A stretch of 64,000 nucleotides of DNA from Felis catus (lineage: Eukaryota). Each line of letters starts with the position of its first letter. Position 1 is the first letter of the stretch. The stretch lies in the NCBI RefSeq assembly GCF_018350175.1, contig NC_058368.1, positions 102,240,001 to 102,304,000 on the forward strand, written 5' to 3'. The notes under the pieces were generated by a model. That model did not search any database. It worked only from the letters and a program-made list of their open reading frames with translations, and was not told where the DNA came from. The translations under genes and the position numbers were made by a program. Below, piece after piece: positions 51,529 to 64,000 of this stretch.

Positions 51529-51753
51529 GGGGCGCCTGGGTGGCTCAGTCGGTTAAGCGTCCGACTTTCGGCTCGGGTCATGATCTCACGGTCCGGGAGT
51601 TTGAGCCCCGCGTCGGGCTCTGTGCTGACAGCTCAGAGCCTGGAGCCTGTTTCAGATTCTGTGTCTCCCTCTCTCTGACCCTCCCCCGTTCATGCTCTGT
51701 CTCTCTCTGTCTCAAAAATAAATAAACATTAAAAAAAAAATTAAAAAAAAAAA
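51529..51753 (+). mobile_element. Felid SINE with TSD gaaatccRctgRtgtcg
   Basis: Near-consensus body; the TSD duplicates the Charlie terminus. Confidence 0.95.
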
Positions 51754-54700
51754 AGAAATCCACTGGTGTCGAGCACTACAAAGATTTATAAGTTAGGCTG
51801 ACTGAAATTATTTGAAAAATTAAAATTAAACTAAGGCCAGCGCATTTGGCTCCTGCAGTGCCTTAAAAAGTTAACTCACTTGCTTCTGCCTTTCTGAATC
51901 GAAAGCAAATCAAAACAAAAGACAGACTGCTTTGTCTGTCTGTGACCCCCAAAGCCTCATTTAAATTTTTACATTTGGTCCTGCTCCTTTCGTTTCAAAG
52001 GTAAAGATAGGAACATTCAATATTTATAACGTTCATCGCTGAGAACTGCTAGAGTCAGAAAAAGAATATCATGCAACTTTTACAGTATAAAATTCTCCAC
52101 TTCAGTAATTCAATAGCAAGGAATATTTATCACCATTTATACCAACTACGTATCCAAGATTATAATGTGCCCTTTTGTCTTTGGTTTCTATTTACCTCTG
52201 ACAACAACTCATAGATACGGGCCCCCGTCACAGCGAAGAAGGTTGAAGCACACGTGCCAAAAGTTACAAAAAAATTTAGGAGGCCCACCGTTCTGGAAGC
52301 ATCATTCCCGCGTGGGAAGAGGCTTATTTTTGCCATCGCTCCCAACACTGGGGTGAAGGCCATAACCAACCCACGTTCTCAGGAGAGTCTCATCACACAG
52401 TCTCTCTCCTGTGCCCAGCGTACCTTCCCGAGCCAAGTGCCATTGCCCCAGAGGGGAAACAGCCAATTAACCCAGAGCCTCAGGGTGATATTCCATGACT
52501 GAACCAACAGACCCCACCATCACTCTTCTGTATCCAGAAACACCAGCTTGTGAAAGCGGGCGGATTCCATATGAGCATGATCATCATGCATTAGGCGAAA
52601 GGTAGATAACCAAGTAAAAATAAAACCAACTTGGAATATTTGCTGGGGAGAAACATCAACGTGTAAAAAATCGCCCAAGTGCAGAATGTTCCACGACACC
52701 GTCAGGAGGGAAGGCGCGTGCAAACCGATAGCCTAAGTCACTCCTCAGCTTAACATTCATCCTTGGCCTCACAAAAGGTCTTTGCCATCATACCCACGTG
52801 ACTCTTAAGACTCAAATCCTACCTTCCCGAGACAGGAGATCAAAGAGCTCCCTGGCATTTCTGGCAATGGGATGTCCTTTCTTCCATTTGCATCAAAAAC
52901 ACGTGCAGCGAGAGACAAGCCACATCTCACTGCATTTAGGGCTTGATGAAGGTGAACGACGCTGATTGATTGTGTGGACCGATCGCACGTATCTCCCCTG
53001 TCATGAGCCCAGGTAGGCGGAGCCCCATGGGGCAGAGGATGATATTCGGAAAGCATTTTTCTGAAGGAGGGAGAGGTAATTCACCCTGTCACCTCTCTTC
53101 CGTTGAGAAAGGCTGGCAATTTGAGAAGCTAGGCCTAGATCCATTTTCTAGGCGAAAAGGAAGCCTCTTGCAATAAAACAGGCCTTCTGTCGTCTTTTAA
53201 CAAGATGTCCATTTGAGTTTTTAGAAATACGCGAAAGATAAGTGAAAACAGGAGAACTTCTAAAAGGTCCTCCTCTGTTCAGCGAGGCCAGAAAATGAGG
53301 CTGAAAATTATATCAGACACATTGGTCCCCTGGAGTTAAAAAATGTACAGGGCTATTCTTAAGGTTTTTAAAAAGCAGCATCCGGCAGCCCTATTCTGAG
53401 TATGATTTAGTGTCAGACTTAGGTATGGGGAGATTTAGATTTTTTTTTTTTAATGCTATGCTATTTAAAGAAGCATTTATGGTGATTGCTATAGGCAACA
53501 GCTTGTTTTAATTCATTCATTCAATTTTAAAAGCCACAGGAATATATCAGAAATGGCCAAATCATGAATAAGTTATTTACTTTATTCGAAATGTAACTAG
53601 ACCTAGGGAGACTTTGCTAATTACTGGTATCGCAGCGAAGCAGAAATATGTTCATGTCTCATTCAAGCAGTGGATTAGATAAAACATTAGTTCCATGAAG
53701 CTGATCACTCTGGAGATTTGCTCATTTGCCTTGATGCAGTAAATGTTGGCACATTAGGCCTCCTGGAATATCCTGAAGCTGGCCTAATAACACATCTGCT
53801 GTATTTATTTTTGAATGTAAATGGCACTCAGAAGTATGCTTTGAAAATTAACTTCAGCCGGAAAACAATAAACATTAATAAATACAGATTTTGTTTCTGC
53901 TAACAATTACTTCATGAAATTGTTAGATGTGGTGGAAAGCGCTAGTTTACAAATACAGTTTGTAGCAATTAAATCCCTTCCAAACCACACTACTCCGAAC
54001 TGGATGGATTCCTCTCGGAGGTTGTGAGGGCCAGCAATGCAGAGACCTGCCCGATTTTTAGAACTTTGTGATACGCCCATAGTGCGCCAAGGCACCCGCT
54101 AGGTCAAGGTGGTTGCTGCCCTAAAGACAAAGGAAATTCATTTCTAATAATGGGATCAAGACAAAAGAAGAGTTGCACGACTATTTCATGAAAAGTCTCG
54201 GTTGAGGGCAGTGAAAACAACAAAGGTTTTCCTGCTCCTCCCTTCTAAATAACTTTGAAGCGTAGAAAAAAAAAAAAAAAAAAAAAAACAGAAGGGTGTT
54301 TCTCTGCAAGCCCCCAGATCTAAAATGACCGAGCCACAGTCACAGTGCTCTGGCCTGCTGTCTCTATCGGAGATGGTCTGCTTGTCCTAAAGGTGCAAGT
54401 GGACAGTCCGAAGCGTTCAGCTCATTCGGTGAGCCACGGGCCGTCTGTTTACGTCGTGTGCTAAAATCACGACACTGGGAGCTCTATGGGTACCCTTAGC
54501 ATGGCCCGCAAACGGTCACTCCTGGAATGGTTGGTTCTGTCTGGTCCTTGAGGAGTGGGAAAATAATCCTGGTCTGTGCATCCACAGACCTGGTTTATCT
54601 GTATCCAGCCATCGACCTTGGACCTGTTATCCGGGGCTCTCTGTACTGAGCTTCACCACTGAGCAATGGGGAGGGATTCAGAGTCACCTTATTTCTCTCA

Positions 54701-56219
54701 GAGGAGCTCATGGTACCTCTGCTAAGCTTTTCTTCTTTTAAAGGGTGACTGCAACATTGAAATAGCAATAGATGGGGAAACAGAGCAAAGTTTCAGACCC
54801 AAGGGATCAAAAAACGGTTCTCCTTCAATACAAAAACACAAACCAAATAACTTTAAGGTGATGGAATATGGAATTTTAAATAAAACAGGACACTGATCGA
54901 GAGAAAACCAGGTCGCCCCATGTGGTTATCTAGCCAAGACGTCTGGATTACCATCAAGGTGAAGGACCGGGATGGGTGCTGGGGACCTCTGAGCAAGGAA
55001 CAGACACTCAGTGCATAGTTGGCGACTGCATTATGTATGAAAAGGCCAAGCTAAAAGCAAGTGCGTTCGTGAAAATGATACTTGTGGGTTTGCAAAGTTT
55101 TAAAGGGCTGGGGAAATATCCCCTCAAGAACTGCAGGTTAAAGCATTCAGCCCCACCCTGGGCAGGAGTTAAAGCCAGTCCCTCGGAGAGAACGTACTGC
55201 TAGGTAAAGAAGTCAGCACTGAGGGTTCTTCTGGGTGGGTGGGGGGTGGGAAGGGGGGGAATAACTGCGAGACCCAGAGACAAAGGAGACCCAGTTTTCT
55301 GTTCCACTTGAAGGTGCTACATTTATATGCATTTTATTCACATTCCAGATAAACAAATATAAAATTATGTGGTGAGTTTTCTGCTTTGATCCACCTTCTC
55401 CCAGGAAAAATGAAATCTATTATGGGCGGGGGGGGGGCAGGGTGCCCTGTGAAAACAGGAGTTCAAGCCAGAAAGCCAGAAAAGCTACACGCTGCCTTCT
55501 CGAATTTCATTCACATCACATGCCTGAAGAGTTTAGAGGGGGAAAAAAAAAAATAAGGTTCTCTCTTGCATTGTTTGTAAGATCTTTAGTAGTCCTGTCG
55601 TGGGCATAGATCCTATAGTTGGGTCAAGCCCAAGACCAGAATGCCCGATACGGTGTCAGTTTCCATTTCAGAAATTGGTTTGTTAATGACATCCTAATGT
55701 CGATCATCCTATAAAAGGAACTATATTAATATTTTTTCCTCTCAGGCACTGTTACAGATGTCAGCTCTAATCCCTATAGAAGGCTGCTACAAGTCAATCT
55801 TCATGGAAATATATGAGGGAAGCCTGTGAAGTTTCTAGAAATATAAAAGGTGTGAAAATTATGATTGGAAATAAAGAAACATTTTAAAAATCTAAGCTTA
55901 GCTTGAGATATGTAAAAATTATTCCGTTTTGGTCACAATAACTGGCCTGCAAATTTTTCAAGACCACAGGAGGCTGCTGAAACAAGGTAAGACAGAGGTG
56001 AAAATCATTCAAATTATCTCACTAGATCAACCGCTTACTACAAATCAAACTCTGTTTGGGCTGAAAGCGATCCCCGGCACTAATATTTCACAATTATGAA
56101 TTAAATGAACAAAAATCAGTCTGTAAAACATGACTGATGTTTCTCTTTCAACATAACCTTTGTGCTGTGTTCCGAGAGCGGGAAGACAGGTGTTTCCCAA
56201 CCTACGGGGCCGGGGCGAG

Positions 56220-56390
56220 CCTGCCTTTTACGAGCTCAATTGTAAACGGATGAAAGGTGTGTAAACAGATGACAGGGGCAATTACAATGTGGAATTGATT
56301 AGACTCTCAATTACTAAAAGCACATCCCTGGCATTATTCTTGTTATGCCGCTCTTTGATGACAAAAACCATGAATAGGCTCATCAGGACT
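56220..56390. promoter_or_regulatory. Candidate developmental enhancer (motif cluster)
   Basis: HOX13-type CTCGTAAAA (minus, 56226-56234), FOX GTAAACA, E-box CAGATG, MEIS TGACAG, TCF CTTTGAT in repeat-free DNA. Confidence 0.4.
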
Positions 56391-56924
56391 ACAATATGTT
56401 TGTATTTTCAATGTCTCTCGGTAAGAGAACATCTCCAACTGCGGTTGAGGCTATAGAAAGAGAACAGGCTGGCAAGATGCTTACAGGAAAGGGAATTATA
56501 ATGATCCTACCCCCTGCAGGTATCAGTCACTTTTTAATTTTTCTAGATACCACTGGAAGGGTAAGCAAGACCACCTAAACAAAGGGGCTGCCTGAGAGTT
56601 AGAGGGGAGGAGTCAGGAAAGAGTAGGAGAGCATACTGGGGACTCACGCACTAAGTTAGGAACAGATGTGTGAACGACAGCAGAGTCCATACATCGATGA
56701 TTATTAATCATCAAGGACTGATGAACTGTGTCTGCCTCAATACATACATGTAATGCCTTTATCTTACATTTCTCCCTATTCATTCTCAGCTTTATCAGCT
56801 TGTCATGGAGGTACTGAATAATAATAACAGGTGGGATTTTAATAATAAATATCGCATGGGGAACTACATTCATCGTTGGCATCTCAGGACCCACAGCCTG
56901 CCCTCACGTGGAACCAGAATTCTT

Positions 56925-58400
56925 TTATTTATTTTTATTTATTTTTTATTTTTTAAAATTTACATCCAAATTAGTTAGCATAGAGTGTAACAATGATTTC
57001 AGGAGTAGATTCCTTAGTGCCCCTTCCCCATTTAGCCCATCCCCCCTCCCACACCCCCTCCAGTAACCCTCAGTTTGTTCTCCATATTTATGAGTCTCTT
57101 CTGTTTTGTCCCCCTCCCTGTTTTTATATTATTTTTGTTTCCCTTCCCTTATGTTCATCTGTCTTGTCTCTGACTAATTTCACTTAGCATAATACCCTCC
57201 AGTTCCATCCACATAGTTGCAAATGGCAAGATTTCATTCTTTTTGATTGCCAAGTAATACTCCATTGTATATGTATACCACATCTTCTTTATCCATTCAT
57301 CCGTTGATGGACATTTGGGCTCTTTCCATACTTTGGCTATTGTTGATAGTGTGCTGCTATAAATATTGGGGTGCATGTGTCCCTTCAAAACAGCACACCT
57401 GTATCCCTTGGATAAATACCTAGTAGTGCAATTGCTGGGTCATAGGGTAGTTCTCTTTTTAGTTTTTTGAGGAACCTCCATACTGTTTTCCAGAGTGGCT
57501 GTGCCAGCTTGCATTCCCACCAACAATGCAAAAGAGATCCTCTTTCTCCGCATCCTCGCCAGCGTCTGTTGTTGCCTGAGTTGTTCATGTTAGCTGTTCC
57601 GACAGGTGTAAGGTGGTATCTCATTGTGGTTTTGATTTGCATTTCCCTGATGACGAGTAACGTGGAGCATGTTTTCATGTGTCGGTTGACCATCTGGATG
57701 CCTTCCTCAGAGAAGTGTCTGTTCATGTCTTTTGCCCATTTCTTCACTGGATTATTTGTTTTTTGGGTGTTGAGTTTGAGAAGTTCTTTATAGATTTTGG
57801 ATACTAACCCTTTATCTGATATGTCGTTTGCAAATATCTTCTCCCATTCTGTCGGTTGCCTTTTAGTTTTGCTGATTGTTTCCTTCGCTGTGCAGAAGCT
57901 TTTTTGTTTTGATGAGGTCCCAGTAGTTCACTTTTGCTTTTGTTTCCCTTACCTCCCGAGACGTATTGAGTAAGAAGTTGCTGTGGGCAAGATCAAAGAG
58001 GTTTTGCCTGCTTTCTCCTCGAGGATTTTGATGGCTTCCTGTCCTACATTGAGGTCTTTCATCCGTTTTGAGTTTATTTTTGTGTCTGGTGTAAGAAAGT
58101 GGTCCAGGTTCATTCTTCTGCAGGTCGCTGTCCAGTTTTCCCAGCACCACTTGCTGAAGAAGCTGTCTTTATTCCATTGGATATTCTTTCCTGCTTTGTC
58201 AAAGATTAGTTGGTTATACATTTGTGGGTCCATTTCTGGATTTTCTATTCTATTCCATTGATCTGAGTGTCTGTTCTGGTGCCAGTACCATACTGTCTGG
58301 ATGATTACAGCTTTGTAGTATAGCTTGAAGTCTGGGATTGTGATGCCTCCTGCTTTGGTTTTCTTTTTCAAGATTGCTTTGGCTGTTCGGGGTCTTTTAT
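56925..58400 (-). mobile_element. 5'-truncated, relatively young LINE-1 (~1.5 kb) with TSD
   Basis: ORF2 remnants [19 protein letters not shown]...WCWENW and RYHLTPV...[13 protein letters not shown] gaaccagaattctt at 56911-56924 and 58404-58417. Confidence 0.97.
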
Positions 58401-59167
58401 GTAGAACCAGAATTCTTGGAGTTCACTCCAAAGTGCTCCAGCCTCCCCAGCAGGCCCCAGTACTATCAACTGCACTGCTGTTCCCAGACCCTGTGCCTTG
58501 GCCTGGTTGGCCTGTGGGAGCTTCAACTAGAAAGCAGCCCATCTTCCGGGTCACAAGGGAAGGGTGTCATTCCTAAAGTCACCTTAAAACTCTCTCTTTT
58601 CTGTGGGATGTTTTGTGTGGGTGTTTTTCTGTTTTTGTATTTGTTTTTGTTTTGAAAGGCAACAAAAACAGCGAGCCTGTGACCAATACCAGAGCTATAA
58701 AAACAGAAGGATTAATTCTCAACTTGGCCTCAAGTGCTGGCAGATGTTTTGGAGAACAGAGTTGGGGGTGTGTTTAAGGACTCTGAGATCTCCAGCTTGT
58801 CATGTGCAGATGTGGTAAAGCTGGAATAAGTTCAGAGAAGTGACAGAGATGATTAAAAGGGACATAGAATGGTTTCTGAGGGAAGGCTAAAGGCATTCTT
58901 GTTGCCTTTATCCCCAGAAATGAGAAAATAATGATTATTAACTTCAAAGTCTGTTTGCTCGTCATGTCTGCAACAAACCCCATGAATGGAAATGGGCTTC
59001 AAATTAAAGCAGTAGAGAATTTGGTGAAGGAAAAGGAAGAATTTCTTGCTTTTCAGAGGGAAAGGCATGGTACTCTGGTCCCCAGAGAGGTCAGGGAGCC
59101 CACGTTTGCTGTCCTTCTTAAGAAGGAGATATACTACAAATTCTTTCTTAAAAAATCTAAATTCATC

Positions 59168-59370
59168 GGGCACCTGGGTGGCTCAGTTGGTTAAACATCC
59201 AACTGTTGATTTCGGCTCGGGCCATGGTTCAAGGTTCACGGGTTCGGGCCCCGCGTTGGGCTCTGAGCCAATTGTGCAGAGCCTGCTAGGGATTCTCTGT
59301 CTCCCTCTCTCTATCTCTTCCCTTCCCCCCTCTCTCAAAATAAAGAAAGAAACTTACAAAAAAAATAAAA
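59168..59370 (+). mobile_element. Can-SINE
   Basis: Full body; flanks 'aaatctaaattc'. Confidence 0.92.
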
Positions 59371-60364
59371 GGTTTTTAAATCTAAATTCTTCAACTGCTA
59401 AGAAAATTTTTTTGCTCCTCATAATCCAGACATTGGGGAGCAAATGCTGGAAATACATAAACGTTTCATTTCCCCACCGCACTTGTGTTCTCCATGCGCC
59501 CACAGCCCAGTTGTATGACTGTTCCGTAAAAGGAAGTTCATGGTTAAATCTCCATTCTCAGTCCACGATATTTTTCTTGATTTTTGTGCTATTTTCACCA
59601 CTCTGCAGAGCACATATGGGGAAAAGGAAACGGGGGATTAGGGCTAGTCTGAGAGGCTTAAAGTAAAGAGAAAGAGGGGCAGATCTGAAAGGGAGCATAT
59701 GTCATTGATCTTGTCCACAAGCTAATTGAGAACATTCCCAGGCTTCATGAGGCAATACTATTTCTAGACTCCCAGGATTTAAGAAGCGCTCAATAGTTCG
59801 ACAGAAGGCAATGTGCCTGCTGGATACAGAGCCTAGTTAAGCAATAACTCAATCTGTCATCTGAGCCCCCCAAGGCAGGAAGATCTAACGAAGGTTTTCT
59901 TCTGTTCAAAGGCCCCTCCACACTTACTCTTAAAAAAATAACAGAACGCATCATAATAAAGAAAAAAGTTTGGGACTCTGTTCTAAACAACCGAGGGCAG
60001 TATCTGTTGCCCGGATATTCCTTTAGCAACCAGTCTATCCCTGTGGGCCACATGAGGCTCCAAATATATGTAAAAAGAGCAAAAGTCTCCATTGGTGACC
60101 TTCAAGCTGGCTAAAGACCCAGCCAAAACTCGTCACCATATGGAGTTTCCATTTCTCTACGAGAAACCACAGGGGTACACGCGTGGGGGACATGAATGGA
60201 GGTGCTCGGTTGTAAAATGTTATTCACATGCAAGAGATCATTGTTATTGTTTCCTGTAATTATTCTGCCTAATAACAAAAGGAAAATAACTGATTTTGAC
60301 ACCCAAGTTTTGCTGTAAATAGGCAGAATGTTGTCATGAATATGCAAAATATTATGATCATTGC

Positions 60365-60530
60365 CATACCTAACTAATTGCGTTTGAAACATGCTGGCCA
60401 TAAAATAATTAATTAGCAGTGTAGAAAGGCATCATGATACTAGCTATAAATACTAAACATAACTAATTATTTCCGTCATAAAATGGCCCTGCCAAGTAAT
60501 TTATAACAAAACCCTGCATTAGGCGGCAAA
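60365..60530. promoter_or_regulatory. Candidate enhancer rich in homeodomain sites
   Basis: CCATAAAA, GTCATAAAA, TAATTAATTA and two TAACTAATT within ~120 bp. Confidence 0.35.
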
Positions 60531-63189
60531 GCCTCAACTCCGACAGCGTGGCGTTCAAGGGCTGTGACACATCAGGCTTCCTATTTTGTGATATTGTTGG
60601 AATGAGGGCATACCGATGTGAACATAAACTAAAATGAAACTAATCTAGGATTTTCAATGTTCTCGGAGCTGCTGGGTGATTGTTGTGGAGAATTCAGGCA
60701 GATCCTTTTGTTGTTGACTTCAAAACTGGTAGGTCACTCTGGGCCCGCGGAGTACATTCTGAGCTCAAGCAAAAATTGATTTCCTTTTTTAAAAAGCAGC
60801 TGGCATCACAATGAATAGCCTTCTTTCGATTTTTCTTCTCCAGTGGAGCATTCAGTGAATGCAGCAGGCATAATAGGCTGGAGTAAACAGTGTCAGGTTC
60901 TGTTATATCAGGAGCTCTTTTAAACCAAGCAGACAAGCTATCATCAGTGCCTGAAACCCCGCAAATCACGGCAGAGTCGGAAAATGAGCTTGTTTCCTGA
61001 CCAGTGTGTTGATGACATTTTGAAGAATGGAAGGAGACGCTTTGCTAATCACTCTGGCTGCCGCGTGCGCCATTATGATGCCATCTCGTTAATGAGCAAA
61101 AATAATGTGCCTGGATGAGGCGGTGATACAATTAGAGCCTCCAAGAGCTGGACTCGGGACTCTGATTTTGCGTGACACATGCGCGACAATCTCGGGATTC
61201 GGCTCTTACAATCACGCACCGGAATCGTTTGGCATTTTTTTTTTTTTTCCTGCTGGTTTGAAAACAGGAAATTGGCCCACATCTTAACAGAGTACCTTGC
61301 CCTAGTTTTTAGTCCTTGGGGTGAAGCCCTCACGACCAACGGGAAGACAGCGAGTCTGCGTGTGGCTTTTTTTGTTTGTTTGTTTCTTTGTGGTTCTCCC
61401 CCAGTGGCAGGGAGCAAAAAGGCTGTAAACAAGAATCTGGCTGATGGAAATGTTAAAATCCGTTCATTCCTGTCATAGCAGAATCAGGCTTGCAATGATT
61501 CAGTTGCATACCAAAGAGCCTGGGGACACCAGCATTCATCTTGTTCTGCAAAATGCTTTCTCTCCTAAGCACCCTGCCCCCTCTCGCCTCCATAACCTCA
61601 TCAGGGCCCATTTAACCCGCCTTCCCGGGATGGGGGACAGAGTGCCTTCAGAGAGCCCCTAGAATTCAATGCAAGTGCCATTCGCAGGCAGCCTGGGAAG
61701 CTTCCCCAGAGCATCTCTCTCAAGTGAATTCCTCTGCCCACTGCTCTGTGGGTGACAGTTGGCCACCGGGTAGGGAGGGACTCCCGAGGCGCCCCCGATG
61801 GGTAAGTGCCCAAAGGCAAAGCAGAGCCCATAAAGACTTGCTGCTGGGGCTGGGGACCCCTTCTTCCTCATCCCTGCTAGAATAAAAAAGCCTCCTCGCC
61901 AGGAGGGTGCTTCTAAGCAACCGCACCTCTAAATAGAATGTAATTACGGAGGAAATTAACTTCACAGCTAAAGATTGTGTTGTCATGATAATTTAGAAGA
62001 GTGGGAAGGATGTTTTCTGAGCAATCCCTGATCTTTTTTTCTTCTTTTTTTTTTTCCTCCCCGTCTCTCTTTTTGGTTATCACTTAATGGTATTCATTAA
62101 ACCCGATAACAGAAATTGCTTCTCTTTAAATTTCCTACTGGGTCTCGATTTAGTTGAGTTAGACTTTTCTTGAAACAATACATTAATGTCATGCCCAATT
62201 GACTTCTGTTGTAAAAGAAATAAATCTCCCATGTGACTCTGTGGCTTGCATCTGGAAATGGTTAAAAAATACGCATTCTGTCAGCCCATTGTTTAGAGAA
62301 CAAGGCAGGCCTGTGTCCCCCAAGCTCAGTGCCCCGTCACCGCTCTGTCCTCGGCCCTAGATGAACTTACAGGAGTCCTTGTTTCAGCTCAAAGCAGAAA
62401 ATACCTGCTTAGAAGACAAGCATGGGTTTCCTTTCGTCATTAGCCCACACGTCACTGCTGTCTCGGTGACCCTGTAGAGCGATACGGCAGCTTCCCACAG
62501 AGGCCAAGGCCGAGATCTTCTCCCCTCGAGATATTCAAACTGAAGAAGCAGGGGGCACCAATAAAATTATACCAAGCACTGATGTCACTTAACAGTGTGC
62601 CTCATCTTCAAGCAATTGATAGAGAAAACAAATCTTTCTTCGCTCTCAGGATACCAAGCAGAATTTGTAGGTTTGTTAAGGAGAGCCACCCAGACGTGCG
62701 ACATGGCATTCAACACTTACTCGGGCTGGGTGGCATGTTGTATGCAAAACGGAAGGGACGTGGGCTTGGAGAAAACATGTTAATAAATGCTACCACCGGT
62801 CTTGGCCACATCTTGACCAGTGCAGCTCAAGTGGGATTGCCAAAAGGAAGCTTCTAGATGGAGTGCAAGTGTTACGGAACCTGGTCTGGATCACCCGGCG
62901 TAAGAACCAAGCGGCCCTTGGAGATCTTGGAAGGCAGGAGGTGTATTTCACACCGGCGGGCTCAGAGGAGATCACTCTCCAGAGGTCTGAGTCCCCAGCA
63001 CAAGCACGGGGGGACAATTTATCGTCTGTTACTTCCGCATCCCACATTAGTAATAATGTGCCTCTCACAGCAAGCGGGGCAGGAAGAAGAACCCAGAAGG
63101 GGACTCTTCTGTTGGGGACTGGAATTTCCCTATCAGTCCTGTTGGCCATCCTATAACAGATTTTTCCTTATCACAAGGGGCGTGTATGA

Positions 63190-63405
63190 GCCCTTACGAT
63201 GTGCAAACTCTTCCAAGCACTTGATACCCATATTACCTCCATTAATCTTCATAACTCTTATGAGCGTGGCTACTAGAGTTTCTCTTATTACGATCTCTAT
63301 TTTATAGATGAGTAACTCAGGCTTAGAGAGGACCAAGTCACCCATTTAGGATGTGAGAGGATCAGGATCTGAGTCCCGGTCTCTCGGTCTCTTGCAACTA
63401 ACACA
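63190..63405 (-). mobile_element. MIR
   Basis: 'attttatagatgagtaactcaggcttagagagg...ggatctgagtccc'. Confidence 0.75.
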
Positions 63406-64000
63406 TACTTCAAGATGCCTTGACCACTTCAATCTGTTTTCAAGATGATCTGAGCACTGGGTGGTCTGGCATTAGTTTTGAGAAATACATTATTATTACT
63501 TTTCTACCACTTAACAATTCCAGCAGACAACAGCATCATTATCTGTGTTTCAGAGTTGCGAGAGAGAAAAAAAAAAAAAAAAAAACCCATGACACAAAAA
63601 GTTACTTTATCCTAAGAGCAAAGTAAAGTGGGAAGGGAAGCAACATCCGCAGAGTCTCTGATATATATACCTACACACAGACAACAAGCTTTCCAAGTGG
63701 GCATTTTTATCAGTATTTGACCTTAAATAGATAAGGAAACTAACGTCCAGAGAGGATAATGACTTGTTGATTTCATACAACTCGGAGGTAGGTGCCGGAC
63801 TCAAACCAGCATCCGGTTCCCCCCACATCTCATACTGAAACCTGGATTAGAACGAGAACCTCACATCCACAGAGTTTGATTGTGTGAATGAGTGAACAGA
63901 ACTGTGCCAAAGAAAATGCTTCAATTTAGAGACATCGCAACTTAAAGCTTCATACCGATAAAGTCTTCCCCCCAAAGGCCCGGAAGTAACCATTGTTCTC

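Noticed and set aside
57385..58371. ORFs with clearly protein-like sequence
   Set aside because: Frameshifted L1 ORF2 remnants, not host genes
59046..59666. 206-aa ORF
   Set aside because: Reads through a SINE; spurious
60211..60365. Weak internal duplication (aatgtt...atgcaa...gatcattg)
   Set aside because: Too short and degenerate in AT-rich DNA
1..64000. Naming the host gene or locus
   Set aside because: No recognisable exon; this needs BLAT or liftover, which I cannot run

Overview
Non-coding mammalian genomic DNA from a felid (cat family). The assignment rests on about 30 tRNA-derived Can-SINEs, including young SINEC_Fc-type copies with intact target-site duplications (TSDs). The rest of the repeat content is typical for a eutherian: L1 3' fragments, L2, MIR, MaLR and ERV LTRs, and hAT DNA transposons (Charlie1, MER5, MER94). 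I found no host protein-coding gene, RNA gene or CRISPR array; the only protein-like ORFs are broken L1 ORF2 remnants. Several repeat-poor blocks dense in homeodomain, FOX, MEIS and TCF motifs suggest a long intron or gene desert near a developmental gene, which I cannot name. The most unusual structure is a ~227-bp inverted duplication of local unique sequence (16060-16287 / 16672-16897). One arm sits inside a SINE and the arms share a 78-bp perfect core. Lesser leads are a minus-strand recursive-splice-like site with nearby exon-like segments, possible gene-converted SINEs and a TSD-flanked 28-bp mini-insertion. The sequence alone does not support a new biological system. Repeat family names come from my recognition of consensus motifs rather than a database search, and boundaries are approximate.
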